Origin: Savitreella phatthalungensis
Taxonomy: Eukaryota
Assembly (NCBI GenBank): GCA_051599415.1
Contig: AP039697.1
Span: forward strand, 186,001-250,000
Reading direction: 5' to 3'
Length of the DNA stretch: 64,000 nucleotides
The notes beneath the pieces were generated by a model. It was not told the DNA's origin and ran no database searches. It was given only the letters and a program-made list of their open reading frames with translations. A program made the translations under genes and the position numbers. Of this stretch, positions 21,296 through 32,514 are shown piece after piece. Every line of letters begins with the position of its first letter. Positions within the stretch are counted from its first letter, which is position 1.

Positions 21296-23032
21296 TTAGA
21301 TCTTGGGTCTGACTTGCTTCGCCTTGATACCCCACCTGCCACGGATGACTTGATCCATGAGCCTGATGCCTTCGTGGTTGTCGTAGTCTTCTAGGAATTG
21401 GGAGCTTTCCTTGAAGACTTTGACTTTGCCGCTGCCTCCTGCGCCGTGGAACTTAGGCCAGTCCGTGGCGAGAGCAGGTCTGCCTGACGCGGCGAATCGA
21501 CGCCAGGCCTCACCGTATGATTCCGCCCACCGGTGCTCTTCCCGGCTCACGTCATTCTCCCACAGCGGCGAAAGGTTGAAGACAAGTGGCAGCTCCGTCG
21601 TGTGGTAGTATCCCCAATTGGGCATGACGAGTTGTGGAACCACAGTCTCTGACCGGTAAAGGTAGACGCTGCACTCTTTGCCTGTGTCTGCGTGGCGGCG
21701 AGCGCGGAGGGCGTGGGCGGCAAAGGCAACTGGTGCCTCGAATATGGTGTCGTGGAGCATGCGCGCTGCAGGGTGCGATACCAGATTCGGGTCCTGTTCC
21801 GCGAGTTCGACAGCCTTGTCGAGACCAGAGTAGATGGACCTGAGTTTTGCTGAGGCCGGACCCATAGCGTCGACGAGACCATCGACGGCCTGTTGACTAC
21901 CAGTCATGCCGAAGAATTCTGCAAACATGGTGCCTTCATCTCTGGTGACGCCGAGCATAACGGATTCGAGGGAAGGGATCCATTCTCCAGCTGCAATTCT
22001 GGTATCCGGGTGCTTGTCCCAGATGCTGAAGATGCCACGCTCTCTGCATGCAGCGTACTTGATGCCAGGGTATCGAGCGACGAAGTCCTGGATCTGCGCG
22101 GTCGAGACTGCTCGAGCCTTGGCAACACGATCGGGGTCGTCTTTGGCGATGTGGAGGAAGTCCAAGAGTTTGAGCCAGAGTTTCTCGTGCTGCTCTACAG
22201 ACTGGTATGCCATCGTACTTGCTGCACCTGACTGCATGATGGCCTTCTGGAAGCATGGGTCGATTCCGCCAACGTGGTAGCCGACAGAAGCTGCGCCTGC
22301 ACTCTCACCAAACAAGGTGATATTATCCGGATTACCACCAAACTCGTGAATATTGCGCTTGACCCACTTCATGGCTAGCAGTTGATCGCGAAGGCCGTAG
22401 TTGCCGACAAGGTCATTGTCTGGATCGCGAAGGTCTTCGCTCGCAAGGAAGCCGAAAATGTTGGTGCGGTAGTTGACTGAGACACAGATCATGGGCTTGC
22501 GCGAGTGGCGAACAAGAGTTGTGGCATCGTATAGGACGCTCGAGGTTTTTCCATCTTTCCACGATCCACCGTAGATCCAAAGCATGCAGGGCACGTTGTC
22601 ACCTCTCTTGACTCCTTCGGAAGCGAAGATGTTTAGAGTAAACATGGCCTTCTCATCATCAGGGATGTGGTTGCGAGCGTGGTAGCCCGGTACGTCCGAG
22701 AAGGAATCCATGAATCCTGGTACTGTGGGTGGGTTTGGACCGAACTCGAAGCAGTCAAGCACATGAGCCCATGGCTTGACCTGCTCACTCTGCTGCCAGC
22801 GACGCTCGATCCTGCCATAGGGCACGCCAAGGAATTTGAGTACTGGCTTGAATGTGCCCTTTGATTGAGCGTAGGTCGACCTGTCGCTGACCGGGTGGGT
22901 GTCAACGAAGCCTCTGATGGCTCCGGTGGAGGTCTTGACAATAGGCAAGCCTTTTGTGTGGTCATGCGAAGTGGAAGCAGAGGAGGATGAGGTCTGTGAA
23001 GACGATGCGGTTGCTGTTGCGGCAGCTGTCAT
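21296..23032 (-). CDS. Type-B carboxylesterase/lipase, no signal peptide
   Basis: FLGVPYG, LNIF, WIYGGS, NYRTNIFGFL, GNYGLRDQ, FGGNPDNITLFGESAG, DEG, HTTEL. Confidence 0.93.
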   Translation of the reverse strand: MTAAATATASSSQTSSSSASTSHDHTKGLPIVKTSTGAIRGFVDTHPVSDRSTYAQSKGTFKPVLKFLGVPYGRIERRWQQSEQVKPWAHVLDCFEFGPNPPTVPGFMDSFSDVPGYHARNHIPDDEKAMFTLNIFASEGVKRGDNVPCMLWIYGGSWKDGKTSSVLYDATTLVRHSRKPMICVSVNYRTNIFGFLASEDLRDPDNDLVGNYGLRDQLLAMKWVKRNIHEFGGNPDNITLFGESAGAASVGYHVGGIDPCFQKAIMQSGAASTMAYQSVEQHEKLWLKLLDFLHIAKDDPDRVAKARAVSTAQIQDFVARYPGIKYAACRERGIFSIWDKHPDTRIAAGEWIPSLESVMLGVTRDEGTMFAEFFGMTGSQQAVDGLVDAMGPASAKLRSIYSGLDKAVELAEQDPNLVSHPAARMLHDTIFEAPVAFAAHALRARRHADTGKECSVYLYRSETVVPQLVMPNWGYYHTTELPLVFNLSPLWENDVSREEHRWAESYGEAWRRFAASGRPALATDWPKFHGAGGSGKVKVFKESSQFLEDYDNHEGIRLMDQVIRGRWGIKAKQVRPKI

Positions 23033-23231
23033 GTTGTAATGGTGATAGATCAATGAGACAAATGCGTAGGGTGTGTTGATGAATGACTGATGGAAGTGTA
23101 GAGGGTTTGAATTGGGAAAAGGATAACAGAGCGCGCCGGACTACTGGAGACTCTTGAGTGCGTACTTTTGGTCGCTTCTTAGGATTATTGACTCTGAATG
23201 TAGGGTGTACAAGTCCGTTGAGCGTATACGT

Positions 23232-23260
23232 TGTCTGTGTCTGTGTCTGTGTCTGTGTCT
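23232..23260 (+). repeat. (TGTCTG)n microsatellite, about 5 copies
   Basis: Read directly from the sequence. Confidence 0.85.
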
Positions 23261-24197
23261 AAGTCTGTAGTGTTGTCGTGATGTATTCTGTTGACCCTCA
23301 GGGTGAGAATAGCTCTACTGTATACTGTAGTCGAGTTGGCGCTCTACCAACATACTGATCCATATCTTCTTCTTCTTCTCTTTCCTTCTTTAAATTTACC
23401 CTCATTAGCTTCTTCCCCGCCTTCTCTTAAAATAAGATGCTGGATTCATGAGGATTCCAATCTGACAAAGGTCAAACATTTCAATGCATAATATCAATCA
23501 CCCGATCACATGCATTCGAGGATTTTCCGGAGAATAACACGTGACTGAAGACAAAAGTTGTGGCGCTGAGCAGGGATCTGTGTCCAGGGTGGCTAAGTTT
23601 CACGTGCGTCATTTTGAACTCACGTGCGTGGAGGATACCGTGCAACATGGATATTCAGCCCTGGTACAGACAACCATCGAGAACAGACTGTCATCGTAGA
23701 CAACACCCACTCTCTCTTCTTCTTCTACACGGTCCTCCTGTTGATTAACAACTCGTTATCTTTCCTTCTACGAGTCCACAGTGAGTGACATCAGGCGCGC
23801 ATATATCAGGATTCCCGTCAGACTCTCGTCTCTCATCAAGGCCTGTCGTCTGACTAGCATCAAAGGGTTCCCGTCGGGTGCTTGTCCTGCTTTCTGGTAC
23901 GACGCATTAGACTCATAAACCGTCGTTCAATCGTACGCAGTCGCTACCGCTTTCGCACTCAATCGCTCCTCAGCTCTTTGTCAAAAGGAATCTTCATTCT
24001 TCCTCTTGTCTTCTGTGCAATCCCCTGCGTGATCCTGTCCCTCCCCGACGTCTGTCCTGTGTGCCTTTTCTTGCACGCTCTTATCAGTCAAGGCCATTCG
24101 CACCCCCCTTCAGCATATCATGTACATCACTCGCTAGACCAATCCCACCCTCAGCTGTACCTCCATCCCCAGCTTATCGACCAAACATACTTGCAAT

Positions 24198-26381
24198 ATG
24201 ACCACACAGGCCGAGCTCGAAGAGCTGGCCGCAGACTATGCTGTCTCCCTTCAAGACCTCACCTTCAACAGCAAGCCAATCATCAACATGCTCACCACGA
24301 TCGCACAGGAGAACATAGCTGCTGCAAGGCCGATCGCCAGAGTACTCGAAGAGCACATTGCAAAGGTATCCTAGCCCTTCTCTCCGCCGCCAACACCAAA
24401 GTTTCACACACTGACCCTGTCGCAGGCACCTCCACCACATAGACTTCCTGCCATTTACCTGCTCGACAGCATCACGAAGAACATCGGACCGCCTTATGAT
24501 ACCTTATTTGCCCAGAATCTCTACAAGACATTCATGGGTGTATACACCTCAGTTGACCCGCAAGTTCGGCGGAAGCTCGAGGATCTTTTCCAGACCTGGA
24601 AAGTGCCTGTTGTCAATGGTATGTCTTCACAGCCAGTGTTTCCAATCGACGCAACCCGCAAGATCGAGGAAGTCTTGATCAAAGTGCGCGCTCTCCATCA
24701 GCAGCAACAGCAACAACAACAGCAGCAAGCATATCCACAGTATCCTCAGCATCCACCGCATCCGTACCCGCAGCATCAGCAACAGCAACAATATTCACAA
24801 CAAGGCTTCCGTGCCTCTCCTTCGCCATTTCCAGGCGTAGTCCCCAATCAGCAGCAGGGATTCTCGACCGGCAACCCGGTTCAAGACCTGATGCACGATG
24901 TTGATGAGCTCATGCGTATTTTCCAAGCTCGACTGCGCCTGGATCCGAGTGACAACAAATCACGCGCTGATTTGAGCAATCTTGGCACTCTCAGACAACT
25001 GCTCGCCACGCAGACACTCCCGGCTGAGCAATTGATGGCTGTACGCGAGCAGATCCGTTCCTTTACCGCCAGTGCCGCTCAGCAGCTCGCTCATCAGGCG
25101 CGCAATACGCCTCCGCCAGCTCTGATGAATGCAGCGCCACAAGCCGCGCATGATCTCTTCGGCGCACTAGCCCGTGCCGATCTTCTACCGGCTGGCGTTG
25201 GTACTCAAACTCCACCTCCTCCTGCCAGCTTCGGCTATCCTCCTGCGCCAGTACCAGGCAATGGGTATGGTGTGCCACCAAATACGTATCCTCAAACACA
25301 GCAGCAGCAGCCTGCATATGGTGTGCCACAGTCGGCGCCCACCTTCATCCCTCCTTCACAGGTCCTCCAACGACCACGCGTTGAGCTTTCCACAGCATCC
25401 TTGGCGCAGGCGAGACCAGAATTGATTCATCAGTTGTACGGGGCAATGTCGCTGCAGTGTGGGCTTTGTGGTCAACGGTGGCACGACACGGCGACCGGGA
25501 AAGCGCTCAGAGATGACCACCTCGATTGGCATTTCCGCGTGAACCGGCGAGTGAGAGAACACGCGGTCCGCGGCCAGGCTCGCGCACCCTACCTCAGCGA
25601 AGAAGACTGGGTCAACTTCAGCGTGTCTGGAGGGGCGCTAGCCAACGAAGACGCATCTGGCACCGCATCAGCCGGTGCGGCATCAGGAGCAGCAGCTGCA
25701 GCGGGCCAGGTCGACGTCAATGGCATCCCATCGGCAAAGCAGCGGCAAGAACTCCTCGCTGCTGCTAAACGCCAGACCATCCCGAAACCAGCAGGTCTGG
25801 CCGCAGGAGAGCTCGTCTGCGCTATCTGCCAGGAAGACTTTGAGGCCGACTACGATGATGCAGCTGAAGAATGGGTACTCCGGAACGCAATCTCCCTGCC
25901 TCCCAATGGCGAAGTCGTCCACGCAGCCTGCCAACTCGAAGCACACTGGGCACAACTCGCAGACAAGCAGCGTGCCGAGACCCGAGCGGCACAAACCCAG
26001 GATCATGTCAAATCCGACAACGACTCGGATAGCGTCGATGACTATGAGGATGATGACGATGAGATCGCCTTACCTGGCGCCAGTTCCGGCGTCAAGCGGG
26101 ATGATAGTGAACCGCCGCCGTTCCCATCCCTGCCTGACGAATCAAGGGTAGATCGTGCTGGCGAGAGTGACACCTTCGGCGGGCTAACGCTCGACCCGGA
26201 GGCTCTGAGTAAACTAGCAGGCTCACTATCAGGACTCATTGGCACGACCAACCAATTCGATCGATCTGCCTCGCCCCCATCGCCCAGCGTCACGACAACC
26301 CCGATGAAGCGCAAGGCGGAAGACGACGATTCTCAAGAGACACCTTCTACAGAGACCCGAATCAAGCGCGAGTTCCATTAG
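24198..26381 (+). CDS. PCF11: mRNA 3'-end processing / termination factor Pcf11; exons 24198-24365 and 24426-26381
   Basis: CID domain (DLTFNSKPIINMLT.IAQEN, LPAIYLLDSITKNIG, LFQTWK), poly-Q tract, zinc fingers CGLCGQR..DHLDWHF and CAICQE..H..C. 60-nt phase-0 intron GTATCC..CTGAC..CAG. Confidence 0.93.
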
Positions 26382-26401
26382 TGCCCCCTTCTAATCCCGA
26401 T

Positions 26402-27103
26402 CTATGACTCCTTCTTTTCTCCCTGTCGTTTCTCATATGCCTTGACTGCTTCTGTAGCATTAGCCAAGCAATCTTTCGGTTTCGTCCCTACACTAACATC
26501 GATGAACTCTGTCTCCAACTCACCTCCCTCCTCCTTCCGCCTCCCTACCACGACCCAGTGTGACCTTGTTGCTGACTTCTTTCCCCCACCGACCGCTCCT
26601 AGCCTCTTGAGCAACCCATCCCCCTTTGGATCTGACAACAACGTATACCCCAACTTCTGCTTTTCCCTAAACTTGTTCTGGGCAGTCACCGTATCGGTCG
26701 AGATGCCTACCACCTTCCACTTGCCCTCTAGCCCTCTCAAAAACGACGCCTCGCCCAAACCGTCTCGGTACGAGCACGCCTGAGACGTGCAGCCGGGCGT
26801 CGATGCTGCAGGATAGCTAAACAGCACCACGCCACCGACCACCTTCGTGTCCGAGATATGCGAGAATAGGGTCGCCCCCGATTGAACGGTATCCGATTGA
26901 TCGCGCAGTGCGAATTCCGGGAGGGCGTCACCGACAGAGATCTTCTTGGAGGATGGCGAAGAAGAAGGAGAAGAAGAAGAAGAAGGGGTTGGTTTGGTGG
27001 TGGTGGTGGTGGTGGTTGAGGAGGAGGAGAGTCGGGTGGATTTGCGAGATCCTTCGGTAGGTGGGAGATCACTCTTGCGCTTGGTGGACGTTGATTTTGC
27101 CAT
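26402..27103 (-). CDS. DOT5: BCP/PrxQ-type peroxiredoxin with basic N-terminal extension
   Basis: YPAASTPGCTSQACSYRD, GISTD, YTLLSDP, RSHWV. Start at MAKSTS. Confidence 0.9.
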   Translation of the reverse strand: MAKSTSTKRKSDLPPTEGSRKSTRLSSSSTTTTTTTKPTPSSSSSPSSSPSSKKISVGDALPEFALRDQSDTVQSGATLFSHISDTKVVGGVVLFSYPAASTPGCTSQACSYRDGLGEASFLRGLEGKWKVVGISTDTVTAQNKFREKQKLGYTLLSDPKGDGLLKRLGAVGGGKKSATRSHWVVVGRRKEEGGELETEFIDVSVGTKPKDCLANATEAVKAYEKRQGEKKES

Positions 27104-27392
27104 GGTGGAAGACTGAGATGACTCGTGCCGAAGGTCGGAGACGTGAGCTGGATATAAGTTGTCACAACACGTCACGTCACGTAATCCTGTTTAGCCCCGT
27201 GTATGATCGACACACATGTGGGGGAGATTGATAAGCACGTGTAGGGTGATCAGATTTAAATATACTGTAGCTAGCAGTTTGTTCGGAAGAGATGTGAGGA
27301 CAATGGCTTTTGTGGACGTGCACATATACATATACGTACTTTACTGGTACAGATGGTTTGAATGATTATGGGAGAAAGAGGGGAGATGGTTC

Positions 27393-29360
27393 TCAGGACT
27401 GCTTGATCGGTGTTCTCGTAGAAGGTTCTGCGTCTGGTGCATCCGAGTTGACGAGGACGAGGTTGTTGTCTTCCTGGTAATTTGCAAGGGTGTCTGTGAC
27501 TTGGGAGAAGAAGAGACGTGCTTTGTGCTTGCCAACGTTGCGGATCTCGTAGTCGTTGTTGCGCGGGACGATGAATTGAGCACCTCTCGTGAGCCTAAAT
27601 AGGTGGTCGGAGATGACGACTTCGACGTAGCCTGCATGGACGCAGAAGAACATGAGGTTCCGTCTGGACGAACGCTTTGTCTTCTTTGTGCCTGGTGGGA
27701 GGTCGAGTAGGCCTGCGGCGAAGTAGTCGGCATCTTTCAGAGTGCGCTGGAAGAAGATGCCTTGGTCGGCAACGATCCGTGGCTCGTATGCTTGGCGCGG
27801 ATACGCGATCGTCATCGTCTGATGGACTTGATTGCCCAGTGAGTCCTCGAATTCTGGTATCTCTGCAATGAAGGTCTCTGTGATCTGAGCATCGTCTCCC
27901 TTTCGTGCTGGTGGGTCCATCCCTGCGTCCTCGTCTGAGCCGTAATCGTTATCGTCTCTGTCATCGTCGTCGTCGTCTGAGGCGGATGGGTGACGACGGC
28001 CGTTGCGCCTGCGCGTCCTTGAGCGTTGACGTGGGTTGGTCCTTCGGACTCGCTGGGTTGTGGGCTCTTCCTCGACGATATCAACGTGAATGACTTCTTT
28101 GATCTCCGGCATGGCGAGACCTAGCGTACCGCCTGCTGATTTCCGGCGATCTCCACGGCCGTACACCAATTTCTCACCTCGCCAAAAGGCTAGCGGCGCC
28201 ACCTTCATCCGCTTTGATCGCCGGACACCTTCCTCTTCCTCGCCATCTGAGTTCTCTAGCGTTCGGCGGTCGACCTTTTCGCGCCACTCGCGCTGTGGTG
28301 ATCTGGCACGTGATGACGAGCGTGCACGCTGACGACTCGACACTTGTGAGGGACTGAATGAGCGACGAGCTTTTGGCCGTGCTGCTGGCTTGCGCTTCGG
28401 TGCTGGCTTACGTCCACCACGTTTGGCCACGGGTTCCCGCGGCTCGTCATCTTCGGATGGCTCGTCGCGCTCGCTGAGCTGCTCTTCGATTGCTGCTTGT
28501 GGGAGCTGATCGTCGTCGTTGTCGTCGAAGCCGCCGATAGGCGGTGGAGAAGGATCTGTGTCGTCTGGCACAGGAACGTCGAGCGTATCTCTATCTGGTG
28601 ATGGGATAGACGTCTGAGTACGTGGCTCAGCTCTCCGTGGGACTGGAGAATCCGTCGAATCTTCTGCCATGTCGAGTGGTGGTGCGCCGTCGTCGATGTC
28701 ATCGTCGAATGCGGTGGCTGGGTCGTAAATTGGCGCCGAGGACTCTGCCATGCGCTTTTCAGCGGGTCTATTGTTGCGCTCGTCGTCAGACGGATCAATC
28801 GGGTCTGACCGGGAGAAGTCGAGTTTGCGAGCGACCTGGACTCTGTCTGCTGCGGTGTTGTGTGCGGCCGTGCGGGGAGACTGTCTTGACTTTGTTGCGC
28901 TACGGACACGTAATGCTGGCGAATTGAGATGTGTCTTTGTGGGTGAGAGTGATCGCCGCGCTGGAGATTTTGCCGCGGATGCACTGGCGTATGCCTCTGA
29001 TCTGCGTGCTGCTAGCATTGTCGTTGGCTCTGAGCCGGAGCTTTCGTCCATGTCTGCATAGTCGGCTGATCCGGAAGCTCTGTTGGAGGATGCACTGGCT
29101 GGGTCGACGATACTCTTGCGAAGACCTTGAGTACTGCGTCTCGATGCACTTGTGGTTCCTGGTGAGAAGAATGCAGACATGTTCTCGAAGCCATCTTCGT
29201 CGCGCGTTGTTGCTCCGACTCTGAGTCCTGTTTTGCGACCTGCATGACCGATTTCTGTCAGATCGCGATGTAAAGTGCGTCCTCTACGATCTGCTTCAGA
29301 GTATCGAGTGCCGGTCTTTCGCGCTGACCAGGACGGTGCTTCTTCTTCATCTGCTGCCAT
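27393..29360 (-). CDS. MIF2: Inner kinetochore protein CENP-C (Mif2/Cnp3)
   Basis: N-terminal GRKTG...DEDGFE.M..FF; CENP-C motif RRSKRMKVAPLAFWRGEKLVY; C-terminal cupin domain (VPRNNDYEIRN..ARLFF). Confidence 0.93.
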   Translation of the reverse strand: MAADEEEAPSWSARKTGTRYSEADRRGRTLHRDLTEIGHAGRKTGLRVGATTRDEDGFENMSAFFSPGTTSASRRSTQGLRKSIVDPASASSNRASGSADYADMDESSGSEPTTMLAARRSEAYASASAAKSPARRSLSPTKTHLNSPALRVRSATKSRQSPRTAAHNTAADRVQVARKLDFSRSDPIDPSDDERNNRPAEKRMAESSAPIYDPATAFDDDIDDGAPPLDMAEDSTDSPVPRRAEPRTQTSIPSPDRDTLDVPVPDDTDPSPPPIGGFDDNDDDQLPQAAIEEQLSERDEPSEDDEPREPVAKRGGRKPAPKRKPAARPKARRSFSPSQVSSRQRARSSSRARSPQREWREKVDRRTLENSDGEEEEGVRRSKRMKVAPLAFWRGEKLVYGRGDRRKSAGGTLGLAMPEIKEVIHVDIVEEEPTTQRVRRTNPRQRSRTRRRNGRRHPSASDDDDDDRDDNDYGSDEDAGMDPPARKGDDAQITETFIAEIPEFEDSLGNQVHQTMTIAYPRQAYEPRIVADQGIFFQRTLKDADYFAAGLLDLPPGTKKTKRSSRRNLMFFCVHAGYVEVVISDHLFRLTRGAQFIVPRNNDYEIRNVGKHKARLFFSQVTDTLANYQEDNNLVLVNSDAPDAEPSTRTPIKQS

Positions 29361-29610
29361 ACTGGAGATGGTCTTGTTTGGAGGTACGATTGAGGTGAGT
29401 ACGGTCGACAGGATGGCTAGTTGGAGAGGAAAGGAGATAGAAGGGTATGTATAGATTGCGCAATGAGAGGGGGAGTGGTTTGAGGATTAGGACTGCAGAT
29501 GGGAGAAGATAGAAGGACTTAGCGTCTACTTCGGTGATGATTTCTGTGAAGGAGGAGAGGGACAGAGAAGGGATGTTGTTGACTCTGTAGCTTGGAGAGA
29601 GAGTGTGATG

Positions 29611-29615
29611 GTGTA

Positions 29616-29654
<39 letters not shown>

Positions 29655-29656
29655 GT
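29611..29656 (+). repeat. (GTATGT)n microsatellite
   Basis: Six perfect copies at 29621-29656 plus an imperfect lead-in. Confidence 0.9.
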
Positions 29657-29992
29657 GCGTGTACATGTGTTTGGGGGACGGGTATATGTGTGGGTGAATG
29701 GTTGTTGTGTGTGTATATGTGCACGGGTTTTTTTTTCTTTTTGAGTGTTATAAGGCTGAATATTGGATGGATTCAGATTTGATTTTGGAATCAAAACAAA
29801 CCATTCAAGATGCACAGATTCAGTCCTACATGCACGTGTACTAGATCCAAGTCTTAACTCAAGAGAGCACAAGTAACAGACACCGAGCTAGGAATCGCTC
29901 TGTAGATAGGTCTATCTATATCGATACGATTCAATTCATCTCAGGTCGATACGATTCGTAGCAAGGGCAGGTGTAAATATGGGTCGATGCTG

Positions 29993-32074
29993 TCAAAGGG
30001 ACAGGTTTGGTGGATTGGAGACTAGGAAGTCTGCCATTCGGTCAGATAGATTTCGCGCTCTTAGAGCAAAGTCACACAGGGTCTGCTTGATCGTGGTTTT
30101 GCCCTGCTTGTTTGTGGATTTGAGAGATAGAATTGTGCGAAGGGTTTCGACGGCGGATGCGTCTGGTGTCGGTCTTATCATGAGGTCGTGCATGAGGTTC
30201 CAATTTGGGTCGTTGCAGAGGAAGCTCCAGTCGGCCTGCGCTTGAGGGTCGAGCGTGAGCGGTGGGTGGTCGAGGAGGGCATGGAGGTCGTCGTGCATGA
30301 CGCCTGCGGCTCTGCGCTCTGCTGCTGTCGTCTTGACGTTCAAGAGCGTGTACATTGGCTGGCATCGACCGAGTTTACCCATCAGCCTCGCCGCATACAC
30401 CAACACCCTCTCCAAGGCTACCGTGTAAGCGTTCGCCGTCAGCACGACCTCTGTCTCACTTGCCTCTAGCAACCTCGACATCCCTTCCACAATTTCCCCC
30501 GTTTGCCTCACAAGAATGCTACTCTCACGTGCAAACCCGATCGCCTTGTCCAGATCGTCCTGCAACTTTTCAAAATCGTCGTCACTCGATGCTGCAAAGT
30601 CGCTCATGGCGGTCAATTTAATGTCGGTGTGCTCGCCAGATCGCTCGACAGTGATGTCTTTGACAGAGTTGAGCATGTTCGCTAGGCCCTGGTTCATGAG
30701 TTCCCGCGGCATCGTCTCGAGTAATTCCTTGAAGATCGATTGGATCATGTCTCCAACTGCAGCCATGTCCGCTCCGCCCTGGCGAGACAGGGTTTGGTTG
30801 TCCTGCTCTAGACGTTTGCACACCAGCTTACGCTCCGTGAGTTGATCAGTCAGGTCTTCGACCTTGTCCTGCATCACCTTCATACTCGCATCGTGCGCTG
30901 CCAGCTGCTTACGCAGCCAAGCCTCCGCGCTAGATTCACCATCGGAATCGACATTCATGTTCTCGGAAGGATGAGTTCTAGCTTTCGCGAGCTTTTGACG
31001 GAGTCGATGGACCTCTTCCAGTAGACTCCTGATGGCTGAATTCTGCCGCTCACCACCACCTGGATTGTATACTTGTGTTGGGTGGTCTGGATCTCCGAAA
31101 TCTGCTTCGACACAGCAGAGCTCGAGATCGTGGAGGCGGCGACGGAGTTTGCGGCGCTTGACCGACTGCCTCTCGATGTCGGCTTTGAGGTCGTCGATGA
31201 TGAGTTGCTGGCGCTTGATGATGGCTGTGCGCCTGCGTTGCGCATCACGAAACCAGGTCTCGAGTCTGTGGATGTCGTTGGCGGTGACGACATGGGTAGT
31301 CGATGTGGACATTGCGTGAGTCGACACAGGGAAGGTATCGGAGGTTGGAGGCTCTGAGCGCTTCGCAGCGCAATCAGATTGGTACGGTGGGATATCGAGC
31401 TCCACACCATCGACGTACCAGTCCCTGATGATGCGGCCGAGTTGGCGGTCGACGGCTTCCGATCGCTCGCAAGCGTTGATCTTGTCGAGCAGATCCTTAG
31501 TCGACTTGCCATGCGGTCTGCGCAGGACAATGGTCTTGGACTTTGTGTCGATTGAGCTGCCGGCTGCTGCGATGAGGAAAGATGCCTTGGAGTCATCGTC
31601 GACGATCTCATCGCCCTCTTGGAGAGGTACACGATCGCCCTGGCCTGTATCAGAGCAGGCGGAGAAGATGAGCTTGACGGCTTTAAGTTGAGCTTCAAGA
31701 TCCTCTACACGATCTTTCAACCGCCTGTTCTCCTTTTGCAGCGGGTCATCGGCCACTTTGAAGTGGAGTAGCTGGAGCACAGCTGAGAGCGCATGCTGGA
31801 GAGCTTCTGTGACGAAGTTGTTGTTGACCGGGAGGAATTGCGCATAAGCGAGTTTTGCCGTTTTGGCATCTTCCCTGTCGAGTGCGTCTGCGATCGACAT
31901 GACAAGCTTCGAGTGCTTGCTCGTGAGTGAGCGCTTTTTGATAACTTGGCTGCTGGTGAGTGCTGCCATATATGTGTCGATGCCGGCAAGCGCATCTGCC
32001 TTTGGTGGCCATGAGAGCAATGGAGCATGCAAGCAGGCATTAGCAATCTGTCTGAGGGGCTGGGACGTATTCAT
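29993..32074 (-). CDS. Hypothetical coiled-coil protein, 693 aa
   Basis: Long uninterrupted ORF with several heptad-rich segments; no family recognised. Confidence 0.75.
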   Translation of the reverse strand: MNTSQPLRQIANACLHAPLLSWPPKADALAGIDTYMAALTSSQVIKKRSLTSKHSKLVMSIADALDREDAKTAKLAYAQFLPVNNNFVTEALQHALSAVLQLLHFKVADDPLQKENRRLKDRVEDLEAQLKAVKLIFSACSDTGQGDRVPLQEGDEIVDDDSKASFLIAAAGSSIDTKSKTIVLRRPHGKSTKDLLDKINACERSEAVDRQLGRIIRDWYVDGVELDIPPYQSDCAAKRSEPPTSDTFPVSTHAMSTSTTHVVTANDIHRLETWFRDAQRRRTAIIKRQQLIIDDLKADIERQSVKRRKLRRRLHDLELCCVEADFGDPDHPTQVYNPGGGERQNSAIRSLLEEVHRLRQKLAKARTHPSENMNVDSDGESSAEAWLRKQLAAHDASMKVMQDKVEDLTDQLTERKLVCKRLEQDNQTLSRQGGADMAAVGDMIQSIFKELLETMPRELMNQGLANMLNSVKDITVERSGEHTDIKLTAMSDFAASSDDDFEKLQDDLDKAIGFARESSILVRQTGEIVEGMSRLLEASETEVVLTANAYTVALERVLVYAARLMGKLGRCQPMYTLLNVKTTAAERRAAGVMHDDLHALLDHPPLTLDPQAQADWSFLCNDPNWNLMHDLMIRPTPDASAVETLRTILSLKSTNKQGKTTIKQTLCDFALRARNLSDRMADFLVSNPPNLSL

Positions 32075-32514
32075 CCTGGAACCACTCTCCGTAGAGAATC
32101 CGCTTTTGAGCTTGAAATGTCTTGTCAGCTTCGGAAATCTCGTCAGTCAGGTCACCAAAAGCAACGCTCGACTTGAGCAATCGTGCGCAGCTGTTTGAAG
32201 ATGTGTCTATCGCTTTGACAATATTGCTGGACGTTCGACTATGGAATATGACTGTTGAAGATAGGTTTGAAGATGAGGATGAGATCAGTTGCCACTTGAG
32301 ACGGCGAGTGTCTTGATTAGATTGCCCCTCCTGACTTTTGAACTCAATTGAGATGAAATAAGGTCACGTGATTGAAACTGGATTGTTGCTACCTGCACCG
32401 CCACACACACACCTTTATCGCCACAAAGATCAACATGACTATAAAGACGCGTTTCACCCAACCTCCTCTTTACGACGGGTAACCGCTTCGGACTCTTCTC
32501 CACCAACGTTGGCG

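Noticed and set aside
4301..23032. Hydrolases, AKR and JmjC oxygenase as a secondary-metabolite cluster
   Set aside because: No PKS, NRPS or terpene synthase backbone, and housekeeping genes intervene.
23882..24442. 186-aa ORF upstream of PCF11
   Set aside because: Non-ATG start, leader-like composition, and out-of-frame overlap with PCF11 exon 1.
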